From contig CDROCS010006559.1 in assembly GCA_977020255.1 (NCBI GenBank), positions 1-64,000 of the forward strand: DNA of 64,000 nucleotides. Reading direction: 5' to 3'. This DNA is from Obrimoposthia wandeli. Lineage: Eukaryota. A program made the translations under genes and the position numbers. This document shows positions 30,389 to 40,267 of the stretch, in pieces. The number at the start of each line of letters is the position of its first letter. Position 1 is the first letter of the stretch. Below the pieces are notes generated by a model. It did no database searches. It saw only the letters and a list, made by a program, of their open reading frames with translations, and was not told the DNA's origin.

Positions 30389-30780
30389 GGTGTCAATAAC
30401 TTCCCAGCTGTGTTCTATATGAAAATTCTGCGCACTGTACGCCGGATTCAATGCGAGTGCAAATATGCACATTGCGTGTCGTTTTTGATCATCTATCTAA
30501 TATTAGCTAATGGGTGATTTCCAGCCGAGTTTGCACTATTAATGCGTAGAGTATTTGGTGACGATATTAAGGATGAGGTCCTATGAAAAACAACCCTGTC
30601 TATCGAGACTTTTGTGTCGGGTAGTGAGGGACTATTTTTAGTAAGCCTTTACAAATAAAGCTTACATTAACTGCTAATATTTTTCGTCATTGATGCATCA
30701 TATTCCCGTCTGCAAAAAATAACGCATCTCTCTTTGTAGCAGTCTTACCTTATCGCTGTTCAAAAGCTCCCATTACTGAA

Positions 30781-31347
30781 TCAATCAAGCTCTGAGGTAT
30801 AATTTATATTGGCCAATTGCTTGGACTCATCCTCATTTAAAGACAACACAATATTGGGATGTTGAGCATACCAGCGCATAACTGATCGACCACCATCGAT
30901 CAAATAATCACATAAGCTCTCTTTCAAATTTACCGGAATAACGGCATGCAAAGGATGCATTTGCTGATCACTGCTAAAATAGACAATGGATTGCGGAGTC
31001 TGTTCGCTTTGGCTAATTAGCCGTTCAAGAAGTACTGTTCCTAACAATGGGGTATCACAGGGCAGCACCAAGAGAGAATGACTGTCCGTTACCTCTAGAG
31101 CTGCATGCACCCCAGCCAAGGGGCCGAGGTAGCCAGATAAGCGATCACAAACCACTGCATCCGCCAAGGTCGAATAAACCCCTATATTTCGATTGCAGCT
31201 AATTATTAGCGAATCAGCCAATGGTCTCACTACATCTAGAGACCACTTAACCATTTCTCGACCTTGGTATTTCACTAAGCCTTTATCTTCGCCGTCCATC
31301 CGACTACCGCGACCACCAGCGAGAATAACAGCTGCCATTTTAAACAT
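30781..31347 (-). CDS. mobA: Molybdenum cofactor guanylyltransferase
   Basis: ILAGGRGSRMDGEDKGL, GPLAGV, PCDTP. Confidence 0.92.
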   Translation of the reverse strand: MFKMAAVILAGGRGSRMDGEDKGLVKYQGREMVKWSLDVVRPLADSLIISCNRNIGVYSTLADAVVCDRLSGYLGPLAGVHAALEVTDSHSLLVLPCDTPLLGTVLLERLISQSEQTPQSIVYFSSDQQMHPLHAVIPVNLKESLCDYLIDGGRSVMRWYAQHPNIVLSLNEDESKQLANINYTSELD

Positions 31348-31350
31348 GAC

Positions 31351-31896
31351 TTAATCCCTTGTTACACAAGCACTGTCAGCGCTTGGCATCACCATCTCTA
31401 CGAAGTTACATGGGCGATGACGCGCATCCAGCTGCTGACAAATAATTTTTTCCCAAGCCGTACGACAAGCATTTGGAGAGCCCGGCATACAGAAAATCAC
31501 TTTCCGATTAGCAACCCCTGCAACCGCGCGTGACTGGATGGTGGAGGTACCGATATCTTGGAAAGAAACGTGTCTGAAAAGCTCACCATAACCATCAATT
31601 TGCTTATCAAATAATGGAATCATCGCCTCAGGCGTACTATCTCTGGAGGTAAAACCTGTGCCGCCGGTAATAAGCACTGCATGCAATGAGTCATCGGCGA
31701 TCCATTGCGAGACCTGTGCGCGAATTTTATAGATATCATCAATCACAATTGCTCGCTGACCAACATGGTGCCCTGCCGCCTCTACGCCTTCTTGCAAAAC
31801 ATCACCCGAAGTGTCTGTCTGCTCTGTGCGTGTATCTGAGACAGTTAACACTGCGATGTTAAGCGCACGGAAAGCAACTTCTTTTTTATGTGCCAT
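31351..31896 (-). CDS. moaB: Molybdenum cofactor biosynthesis protein B
   Basis: TVSDTR, TGGTGFTSRDSTPEA, PGSPNAC. Confidence 0.95.
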   Translation of the reverse strand: MAHKKEVAFRALNIAVLTVSDTRTEQTDTSGDVLQEGVEAAGHHVGQRAIVIDDIYKIRAQVSQWIADDSLHAVLITGGTGFTSRDSTPEAMIPLFDKQIDGYGELFRHVSFQDIGTSTIQSRAVAGVANRKVIFCMPGSPNACRTAWEKIICQQLDARHRPCNFVEMVMPSADSACVTRD

Positions 31897-32014
31897 GTAT
31901 CACCTGTAATACTGCTATTTTAATGGTTGCTATAATGGGGCATAAATTGACTGATTGCTACTAAATCAAGCCCTGTTAGCGCAACTAAACCTTTGATGTA
32001 ACCTCACTATGATT

Positions 32015-32977
32015 TCAATCAAAACTCTGCTTTAAAGCGACTTTTAATTCCGTAATAGCGCTCATGTGCTGCAACCAAAAATCTTCACTGTTGAACCAAG
32101 GAAAAGCGATTGGAAAAGCGGGGTCACTCCATCTCTTTCCCAACCAAGCGGTGTAGTTAATGACTCTCAAAGCTCGCAGTGCGGGTATCCAAGATAATTG
32201 CTGTCGATCAAACTCACAATTCTCCTCATACCCCTCAATTATCTCATTCAATTGCATCCTCTGCGCGGTGTCATCACCACTGAGTAACATCCATAGATCC
32301 TGCACTGCAGGACCCATTCTACAATCATCAAAATCGACTAACATAGCGCCACTGGGCCCCACTAATATATTGGATAAATGGCAATCACCATGTATCGCAA
32401 TAAAATCGCTGCCAAATCTGTCACCCAACACTTGATCGACCAGTGTTAGGACTTGATCGTATTCATTGATCAATTTCGTTTTCATGGCACTTGGAAAGTA
32501 TATGTTTTGCAAATAGTGCAAATTATCCCAACCCATACTCTTTGGATCGAATACGGGTCTAGCAGCGAATATGTGCTCTTTGCTTAGTGCGTGCATTTTT
32601 CCCATCAACTGTCCCAATTGGAACAGTGATTCAAAATCTTGTAACTCTGGGGCTCTACCTACCAACTTCTCCTGTACGCTGCACGTGAAACCATTCACGC
32701 TGGCGAAGGTATCTACTCCCGCCTGATAATACTTAGCGACTGGCAACCCATTGAGTCGTAAATATTCACTAAAAGCATGTTCCTCTTGGACTTGCTCGCG
32801 TGACCACCTTTGAGGACGATAAAACTTTGCAATCACGCTGCCTGAATCGGTACCCACTTGAAAAACTCTATTCTCATAGCTGTTTAATGGATACACGGCT
32901 CCGGTCACTTGTTGTGAAAACAGCTCTACTCCATCGAGAATAGCGTTAGGTGTCAGTTTAGAAAAAGCGCTTGTCAT
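32015..32977 (-). CDS. srkA: Stress response kinase SrkA/RdoA (YihE)
   Basis: LNSYENRVFQ, KFYRPQRW, HGDCHLSNIL, DFDD, DPAFPIAFPWF. Confidence 0.93.
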   Translation of the reverse strand: MTSAFSKLTPNAILDGVELFSQQVTGAVYPLNSYENRVFQVGTDSGSVIAKFYRPQRWSREQVQEEHAFSEYLRLNGLPVAKYYQAGVDTFASVNGFTCSVQEKLVGRAPELQDFESLFQLGQLMGKMHALSKEHIFAARPVFDPKSMGWDNLHYLQNIYFPSAMKTKLINEYDQVLTLVDQVLGDRFGSDFIAIHGDCHLSNILVGPSGAMLVDFDDCRMGPAVQDLWMLLSGDDTAQRMQLNEIIEGYEENCEFDRQQLSWIPALRALRVINYTAWLGKRWSDPAFPIAFPWFNSEDFWLQHMSAITELKVALKQSFD

Positions 32978-33171
32978 AAAAATCCATATATAAAAAACAT
33001 TGCAAATATCGCTATCAAACGGGAGGTGTGAAGCCTTTAATAACAACACAGTGCAATGAACACATCGTAAAGATAGTCTTTTCTATTAAAGAAAGTGAAC
33101 ATCTATCTGCTAAAAACTCGACCTAAATTCGTTCCACCACAAGACAGCCAAATCTAAACTGTCCATTTAGC

Positions 33172-34152
33172 CTAGAGACTATTTGCCTTTCTTCGGCTAT
33201 CACTTGGGCTTAATGATTGATAGCGCTTCCATACTCGCCGAAATTGTCTAACATCATCAAAACCGACACGTTGAGCCACTTGCTCTACTGTTTGCTCACT
33301 CTGCTGAAGTAATTGTAGTGCTAAAGCTATACGTAATTTGTGGATGTAGCTGGTTATATTTATTCCGCTATTATTCTTAAATATCCGGGTTAAATGTCTA
33401 AAGGTACACCCTGCCACTTCACTTAGCTCAGCACCCTTCCACTCTTTAGCAGGTTCCGCCTGAATAGCATCTTGTACCCGATGCACACGTAAATCGATAT
33501 GATTTCTACATTCTAACCAGACAGACTTTGCCGGCTCTTTTGAACCTCGCCGGCTAAATAACACTAAATTACGAGCGATCGCAGCAGCACACTGACCGCC
33601 ACAATGTCGCTCAACAATATACAGCGCCAAGTCAATTCCCGCTGTCACTCCAGCACTGGTATAAATATTGTTATCTTCAACAAATAATCTATCACGCAAT
33701 ACATTAGCGTGCGGCACTAAGGCCTCTAGCTCGTCTAAGTGACTATGGTGCGTGGTACAAGAGCGCTCATCTAGTGCCGCTGTTCGTCCCAATAGTAACG
33801 CTCCAGAACACACACTAATCACCTTTTCAAATTGGCGATAACAATTTAACCATTCTATGGTTCTCTTCATTTCTGCTGTAGTAAAATCTAAGCTATGCCC
33901 TTGTAGACCTGGCACCAATAACCAGCTTGATGTCTCTATTTTCTCAGGTAGTGGTGCAACTTCTAACGTTAATCCCATCCCTGTGATGATAGGTGATTGG
34001 GGGCCAATGAACTTTAAACTAAAACAATCGGCCCGATAACGATTAACGAAATTAAAGACTTCTGCTGGGCCCACCATGTCAAGCATCAACATCTGTGGCA
34101 ATACAAGCACATAAATTTGCACCGTATTCAATTGCGCTACAGGTTCCCTCAT
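33172..34152 (-). CDS. GlxA-family regulator (DJ-1/PfpI domain plus AraC HTH)
   Basis: SVCSGALLLG, CTTHH, TSAGVTAGIDLAL, C-terminal AraC HTH. Confidence 0.9.
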   Translation of the reverse strand: MREPVAQLNTVQIYVLVLPQMLMLDMVGPAEVFNFVNRYRADCFSLKFIGPQSPIITGMGLTLEVAPLPEKIETSSWLLVPGLQGHSLDFTTAEMKRTIEWLNCYRQFEKVISVCSGALLLGRTAALDERSCTTHHSHLDELEALVPHANVLRDRLFVEDNNIYTSAGVTAGIDLALYIVERHCGGQCAAAIARNLVLFSRRGSKEPAKSVWLECRNHIDLRVHRVQDAIQAEPAKEWKGAELSEVAGCTFRHLTRIFKNNSGINITSYIHKLRIALALQLLQQSEQTVEQVAQRVGFDDVRQFRRVWKRYQSLSPSDSRRKANSL

Positions 34153-34158
34153 CCGCGT

Positions 34159-35049
34159 TCAGCGCCCCAATACTTTACGTAATTGCTTGTCCAAGCGCAT
34201 GTTGATAATAAGACCTAGCATAATTAGCAACACGCCATATAACTGTACAGTACTAATATTTTCACCCAAAAGTAAGTTAGCACTGACTAAGCCGATGACA
34301 GGCACTCCTAATGTTAGTGGAGCTACTTTTCCTGCAGGATATTTACTCAACAAGTGAGTCCACAAGCTATACCCTACGATCGTTGCTATCAACGCCAAGT
34401 AAAGTAATGACGTGATTGAAACCCAGTTAATATTGTACAAACTAAGCTGGATCACCTCGACACCTTCCACGTAAAAAGACACCGTAAAGAAAGCGGCCGC
34501 AGACACCCAAGAAGACCAAACAACTAAATTTACATTTGCTTTAAAACCACACTGTGAAATTTTTCTGGTAACGATATTACCAATTCCCCAACTGGCTGCT
34601 GCCGCTATCGTTAGAGCAAAACCCAGCGCTGTAATACTAGCTGTCTGACTACTTGAACCAATCAAAACCAAACCAGATGCTGCGACTAACATGGCAATTA
34701 TTTGATAGCCTTTGATCTTCTCGCCGAGTAAAAATACCGCAAAGAGTAATGTAAATAAGGCCTGTGACTGTAATACTAGGGAAGCCAAGCCTGCGGGCAT
34801 ACCAACAGCCATAGCGGTAAATAAAAAGGCAAACTGCGCAAAACCAATACTCAATGCATAAGCAATAAACCAGCGCCAAGGCATTTGGGGACGAGAGACA
34901 AACCAACAGCCAAGCACTGCAACCATGAGAAAGCGTAGCCCTCCCATCAAAATAGGCGGCATTCCCTGTAATCCCCATGCAATCACCACAAAATTAACAC
35001 CCCAAACCAATATTATAATCAGTGCCAATAACGTATCTTTTAAACTCAT
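34159..35049 (-). CDS. EamA-family exporter (O-acetylserine/cysteine exporter-like)
   Basis: VWGVNFVVI, QFAFLF..GMPAGLASLVLQSQALFT. Confidence 0.87.
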   Translation of the reverse strand: MSLKDTLLALIIILVWGVNFVVIAWGLQGMPPILMGGLRFLMVAVLGCWFVSRPQMPWRWFIAYALSIGFAQFAFLFTAMAVGMPAGLASLVLQSQALFTLLFAVFLLGEKIKGYQIIAMLVAASGLVLIGSSSQTASITALGFALTIAAAASWGIGNIVTRKISQCGFKANVNLVVWSSWVSAAAFFTVSFYVEGVEVIQLSLYNINWVSITSLLYLALIATIVGYSLWTHLLSKYPAGKVAPLTLGVPVIGLVSANLLLGENISTVQLYGVLLIMLGLIINMRLDKQLRKVLGR

Positions 35050-35201
35050 TTGATGCTCACCTTATCGCGCTTGTTAGCTTCACATGAATACCTATTAAAG
35101 GACCCCATCAAGATAACGCTTACTCATTTATTTAGTTTCAGATAGAACGACTCAGGCGCTCTAATTACTGTATTGTGCCTTCACTCGCTTCGTGCGCTGA
35201 C

Positions 35202-35504
35202 CTACCTTTCGCTTGCAGCTGTGGCTATACCATCGACAAACAAACTATGTTGTTTTAATGCTACGGGATTGTGGATAGAGTTTTGTTGCGCTGGGTGATA
35301 AGACAAGCAATTCCCATTTTTCAAATTTTGTTTTGGCCTTATAGGCCTTCGCTCAAAACCTCCTCCGCAGTTTGGACATACATTCTCTAATAACGCGACG
35401 CATTGCTGACAAAAGGTACATTCAAAACTACACATAAAAGCTTGGTCACTGTCCGCTGCCAATAGTTTGGCGCAGTGCTCACAGCAAGATCTAATTGCCA
35501 ACAT
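35202..35504 (-). CDS. DUF1272 family Cys-rich small protein
   Basis: CEHC, CSFECTFC, CPNCGG; RBS GGAGGAG. Confidence 0.85.
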   Translation of the reverse strand: MLAIRSCCEHCAKLLAADSDQAFMCSFECTFCQQCVALLENVCPNCGGGFERRPIRPKQNLKNGNCLSYHPAQQNSIHNPVALKQHSLFVDGIATAASER

Positions 35505-35609
35505 AATATTCTCCTCCCCTGTTGATAACAATCAACATCATAGCGAGCATCAAAGAACTATTACATGACAATCATCACTCAATTAAGGGGTCAATAAGGA
35601 CAACGAGGT

Positions 35610-36212
35610 TTAACCACGAACAATGACCAGTGCGGCAACGATAATCGCCACACCAAATGAGCGTCCTATGTTGTTCGCCGCTTTGGATAAGTTAATTATA
35701 CTAAATAGCTTTTGACCGATTAGGCCATAACAGGACATGACACAGAAAAGGCAAAGTAACTTTAATCCACCAAAATACAAGATATCTTGCGTAAAATATT
35801 CTTGGCGCGTGAAATTGGGAAAAAGTGCTAAAAAGAAGAGTAACGCTTTAGGGTTAGAAAGAGAGGTGGCAACACCTCGCAAGTAAATCTGCCAATGTGC
35901 TTTCGCCGTTTCTCCTGTGACACTTTGTTGACGCGCAAAGCCATAGCGACAAATTTTATATCCCATATAGGCTAGATAGCCAGCACCTGCATAGCGCAAT
36001 ATATTAAACACAGTGGGTGATTGCGTCAGCAATAAACCCAGTCCTGTCGCAACAATACTAATCCAAATCAAATTGGCTGTTAAAAGCCCCATTATTGCGC
36101 TAAACACATAGCGATAGCCAAAGGCAGACTGATAGAGCACAAACAACATAGCAGGCCCAGGCGTGAGCTCCAGCAATCCTGTAATTAATAAAAACTGGAA
36201 AGTTAACTCCAT
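35610..36212 (-). CDS. LysE/RhtB family translocator
   Basis: TPGPAML, GAGYLAYMG, SLSNPKALLFF. Confidence 0.9.
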   Translation of the reverse strand: MELTFQFLLITGLLELTPGPAMLFVLYQSAFGYRYVFSAIMGLLTANLIWISIVATGLGLLLTQSPTVFNILRYAGAGYLAYMGYKICRYGFARQQSVTGETAKAHWQIYLRGVATSLSNPKALLFFLALFPNFTRQEYFTQDILYFGGLKLLCLFCVMSCYGLIGQKLFSIINLSKAANNIGRSFGVAIIVAALVIVRG

Positions 36213-36230
36213 ACCTTATGCTCCATCAAT

Positions 36231-37238
36231 TTATGAAATACCTACCGTTTCACTACGACGCTCAAGTAATTGTACATCGCGCCACCGGCCCTTTAACTTA
36301 CCTAATTTGTCTCGCTGACCAATCAACTTAAAACCACAGCGATAGTGCAAGCCTAAGCTAGCCTTATTTTCCGGAAATATTGCCGCCTGTAGTGTCCAGT
36401 AGCCCTCTGCTTGTGAGGCCTCGATTAATGCTGAGAGTAATTGTTTGCCTACTCCTTGGCCCTGACAACGGCGTGCCAAATAAACACTTACTTCTGCTAC
36501 TCCCTGATAAACTTCTCGGCTAGATATAGCAGAGAGCCCCGCCCAACCGATGACCCTTCCCTGTTGATCACAGGCAACGATACGACACTTTGCTACCATT
36601 GATTCTTGCCACTGTTGCCAGCTTTTTCGCTCCGTCTGAAACGTTGCATTCCCGGAGGCAATTCCCTCTAGATAAATAGTTTGTACCGATTCAAAATCAG
36701 CCTCAGTAAAACACCTAATTACGTTGCCATGTATCGTTTTCTCATAATCTGAAATAAAAGCCTGTTGCTCAGCGGTTTCAGCACCAGAGCCAGCGACTTT
36801 TACCATTTCCAGTGCCTCTTTTAGCGTTGATCCCAATTCAAGTAGCAAACAACAAGCCGCTGTCCCCGTACGCCCGATACCCGCCGCACAGTGTATCAAA
36901 ACAGTTTCTCCCGCCTTGACGTAGCGCGCAACGGTAAGAATTATTTGGCGGTAACTTTGCAAATCACTCGCGATGGAGAAGTCATCTATAGGGCACTCTA
37001 CCACTTGCTCCTGAAACTTATCTTGCTGCAATGCAATAGCGTATTCTGGCGATTTATCAAGAATCTCGGCTCTGGGAGTCAAACAGAGTATTTTACTGAC
37101 CCCACTCTCTTGCAGTTGATTCTCAAAAGCCAGCCAAGGTTCAAAACGCCCTGGCATGCTGTGTAAATACACGATTCCCTGTGGAGTTACTACCTTTCTA
37201 AAACTTGGGTTTTCTATTCCACTCATTAGCTCTCTCAA
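36231..37238 (-). CDS. Fusion of a dual-specificity/tyrosine phosphatase-like domain and a Pat/YncA-like GNAT acetyltransferase
   Basis: N-terminal HCAAGIGRTG P-loop; C-terminal GNATF, VAEVSVY, QGQGVG, QAAIFPENKASL, WRDVQLLERRS; single frame with no internal in-frame ATG at the junction; start may be 37226. Confidence 0.85.
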   Translation of the reverse strand: MRELMSGIENPSFRKVVTPQGIVYLHSMPGRFEPWLAFENQLQESGVSKILCLTPRAEILDKSPEYAIALQQDKFQEQVVECPIDDFSIASDLQSYRQIILTVARYVKAGETVLIHCAAGIGRTGTAACCLLLELGSTLKEALEMVKVAGSGAETAEQQAFISDYEKTIHGNVIRCFTEADFESVQTIYLEGIASGNATFQTERKSWQQWQESMVAKCRIVACDQQGRVIGWAGLSAISSREVYQGVAEVSVYLARRCQGQGVGKQLLSALIEASQAEGYWTLQAAIFPENKASLGLHYRCGFKLIGQRDKLGKLKGRWRDVQLLERRSETVGIS

Positions 37239-37480
37239 ATATTCAAGTCATCACAATTTAAAAAGGTGGTCATTTTTATATCCATCACCAGTAACCTGGC
37301 TTATATACTGATAAACCTGCAGTGCTCACGGGTTATCTACATATATTCAACAAAAAGACCCGTCGATAATTTTCAGCGTTCGCGCAACAATAATAGGCGG
37401 TAATAACTAGTAATCAACGCTATGGTGGCGACAATGTAACGCAAGTTAAAAGTTCCACTTTCACACCAGACAGCAGCGGT

Positions 37481-38029
37481 TTAGGAATAATCTTGAAAGA
37501 TATTTTCACCTTTAACTAAATTGGAGCTATCAGGATACCAGCGGTAGATATTATCCCATTCCTGCTGCTCTACTTGAACAAAACCTTGCGCGAGATAAAA
37601 TGCGTTGGCGCGGCTATCAATTAGCGCTCCCAAACGTATTTCCTGTTGTGTGCTAATACACTGCTGTTTAATCTCGCTAAGAACTCGCTCACCTAATCCA
37701 CTACCTTGATATTGTGGATCTATATATAAATGGTCTAACCAAAGGTGATCAACTTTTTTTACTAGCACATAGAACCCTAACAAGGCATTTTGACGCATTA
37801 GTTTAAAGGTACATTGAGGGTCGAAGCTGGTGAGAAAACGCTGTTTTGCACGTTCTGGATCAAAGCGACCAACCGCTTCTAAACTGGGCTTCATTGCCCT
37901 AATTCGCAATTCAACCAATTCAGCCGCATCATCCAACTGTGCGAGTACTATATCTAACTCGCCAACGGAGCACGCTCTATCTTCTACCATGTTCAATAAC
38001 CCCTTAATATGTCGAGACTTCAGTATCAC
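37481..38029 (-). CDS. GNAT family N-acetyltransferase
   Basis: LDHLYIDPQYQGSGLG, RANAFYLAQGF; probable start 37990. Confidence 0.82.
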   Translation of the reverse strand: MILKSRHIKGLLNMVEDRACSVGELDIVLAQLDDAAELVELRIRAMKPSLEAVGRFDPERAKQRFLTSFDPQCTFKLMRQNALLGFYVLVKKVDHLWLDHLYIDPQYQGSGLGERVLSEIKQQCISTQQEIRLGALIDSRANAFYLAQGFVQVEQQEWDNIYRWYPDSSNLVKGENIFQDYS

Positions 38030-38194
38030 AACTATATTTAATGGTGCCGCGCCAAAAACAACTCAGCACCTAAGAAATATCATTATTGGATATTCACTGC
38101 CACAGTTACATCCATGAATATCAAAGATGTGGACGATTCCCCTGGCCGCGCCTTCATTTGATAGCTTATGCACAGGCTTCATTTTATGTGTCGA

Positions 38195-39103
38195 TTAATG
38201 CACTCGTTTAATTTTTTGCAGTAACTGTTTACCTAGCACAACCAACAAAATACCTCCGAGAATCAAAACTCCCGAGAATATTAAGCGTAAAGTCAGTTGC
38301 TCTGCCACAAATAGAACCCCGCCCACGGCGGCAATCACAGGGACCAGCAATTGTAATACTGCAGCTTGCATGGTCTGTAAAGCCGTGAGTGCCACATACC
38401 AAATTGCGTAACCAGCACCCGAGGTCAGCGCTCCCGAAACTAGCGCCAAGACCACACCCTCTGTGGTTAATTGAGCATTGCTAAAAGTTACAATACCCAA
38501 TAGCGCCACCAAGGGTAAGGTGCGGCCAAAATTAAAGGCAGTATCTCCTAGGGGATCGCGAGAACCCTTGCCTTTTAATGTATAAAAAGCCCAGGCTACC
38601 CCAGAAACACTCATTAAAAGCAACCCCGTTGGCGACGGTGCTGACACACCTGGCAGTACTAAATACACAAACCCTGCAAATGCTAAACTAACCCCGCACC
38701 ATTCCGTTATATGTAATTTATTACCTTGCCATAAAGAGTAAATAATCATGGTTAGCTGCACCACACCAAATAAAATTAAGGCGCCGGTTCCTGTATCCAA
38801 GCTGGTATAAGCATAGGAGAACCCCACTGCGTAGAGAAAGAGATACAAGGCTCCAGCCCAACTACCTCTTGCGGGATTATTGTCGATCACACCACGTTTT
38901 TTTCTGCGTAGCGCCAATAATATAAAGAGTGCGACAATACCACTAAAAAGACGAAGTACAGTGAAGCTCGCCGCATCGATCTGCTCTTCGCCTAACGCTA
39001 AACGACAAAGTACAGAGTTGGCCGCAAAAGCAATCAGTGCAACGCTGGTGTACATGATGACAGTAGGTACACTCATCGATTGAGGAGCGGTCGGTGTTTT
39101 CAT
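38195..39103 (-). CDS. DMT family transporter
   Basis: FAANSVLCRLAL, GFSYAY..LDTGTGALILFG, QLLVPVIAA. Confidence 0.88.
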   Translation of the reverse strand: MKTPTAPQSMSVPTVIMYTSVALIAFAANSVLCRLALGEEQIDAASFTVLRLFSGIVALFILLALRRKKRGVIDNNPARGSWAGALYLFLYAVGFSYAYTSLDTGTGALILFGVVQLTMIIYSLWQGNKLHITEWCGVSLAFAGFVYLVLPGVSAPSPTGLLLMSVSGVAWAFYTLKGKGSRDPLGDTAFNFGRTLPLVALLGIVTFSNAQLTTEGVVLALVSGALTSGAGYAIWYVALTALQTMQAAVLQLLVPVIAAVGGVLFVAEQLTLRLIFSGVLILGGILLVVLGKQLLQKIKRVH

Positions 39104-40267
39104 AATAGCCCTTAAAGTATCTCAGCAAAGTTTTACAACCTTGCCACGTTGAAGTTTCTCCAGGCTATTAGTCTCTAATACCGCTAAAGACGAACGCCCT
39201 ACACAATAAAAATTTGCTGTTAGGATACACCACATAGGCATTAATACTAGGTAGTGGGTGGCCTACTAAATAGACTTACTCATTCAGCACATTGAGTCAT
39301 GGTATCGCTATCGACATCAGTAATTTAGATGCCGTAACAAACAACAAACCAAGTCTATTAATAGAACACTATTACTGGCCGTTCTGCGCTCGTAAAGGTG
39401 CCAATTTCGCTCTTACTAGAGGGCCTGTGACCTAGCATTTCATTGGCGAATGACATCAATATTTCAACCAGAAGTATGAATGCCAATCATCAAATAGCAG
39501 AGGCCCTAAATTTTTCTTTCATCGCAACAAAAACTAAAAAAATCACAAGCACTTTGACTACATAGCTCGCCCATTATCCACAGAGGCTCGTTTTGAATAT
39601 TCGATAGCTTTTAAGGCTGTTCAGGCGCCGCTGGTCAATTTACGCAACCCCATTTGCGATAAACCGGCATAGTTATTACAAAATGCCTTCGCACGGCGGA
39701 TGGAAGCTGATGTTTGGAAAGATATATTCGTCGCTGTAGTAAAAAATATCAGCAACGTTTGATCAATACGGTTAATCAAATGGAAAGATGGAGGGAATAG
39801 AAATCTATGCCCTACAACCAGGCAATGGTATGGCCTGATGGATAGCCTGTTTCATCAATACCGCTCGGCTCTAACTAACACTCTTGAGCACGATCATTGA
39901 CAGCACAGCGCTGAATTCTCACTCAGCCAAAACAGCTGTGCTCAGCAGTTTATTCGCCTTGGGGTGGCTGGCCAAAACCGTGGCGAATTAAATCAGGGAT
40001 TGAAGGTTATTTGCCATCACTTATGACAAATCCAGCAACATGAAGAGAATACAAAGCAAAAAACAAGCCAAAATCAAAACATTATTTAAAACTGAGTTTT
40101 GATCGCAATTCCAGATTATAAACCCACAAAACACCTATAACACAAAATTAATCACTGCATTTTAATGACAATAAAGGATTTAAATTTTCAAACCTAATGC
40201 TATTCTAAATATCGTAAATAATAAGTTACCGCCTAAGCGGTGCAAAGTGAAATACAGGAGATTTACC

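Noticed and set aside
37376-37480. 35 open codons continuing in frame after the GNAT stop
   Set aside because: No start, RBS or recognisable motif; consistent with chance
33172-39103. Integron cassette array
   Set aside because: No intI, and I could not find paired RYYYAAC/GTTRRRY attC hairpins between the genes
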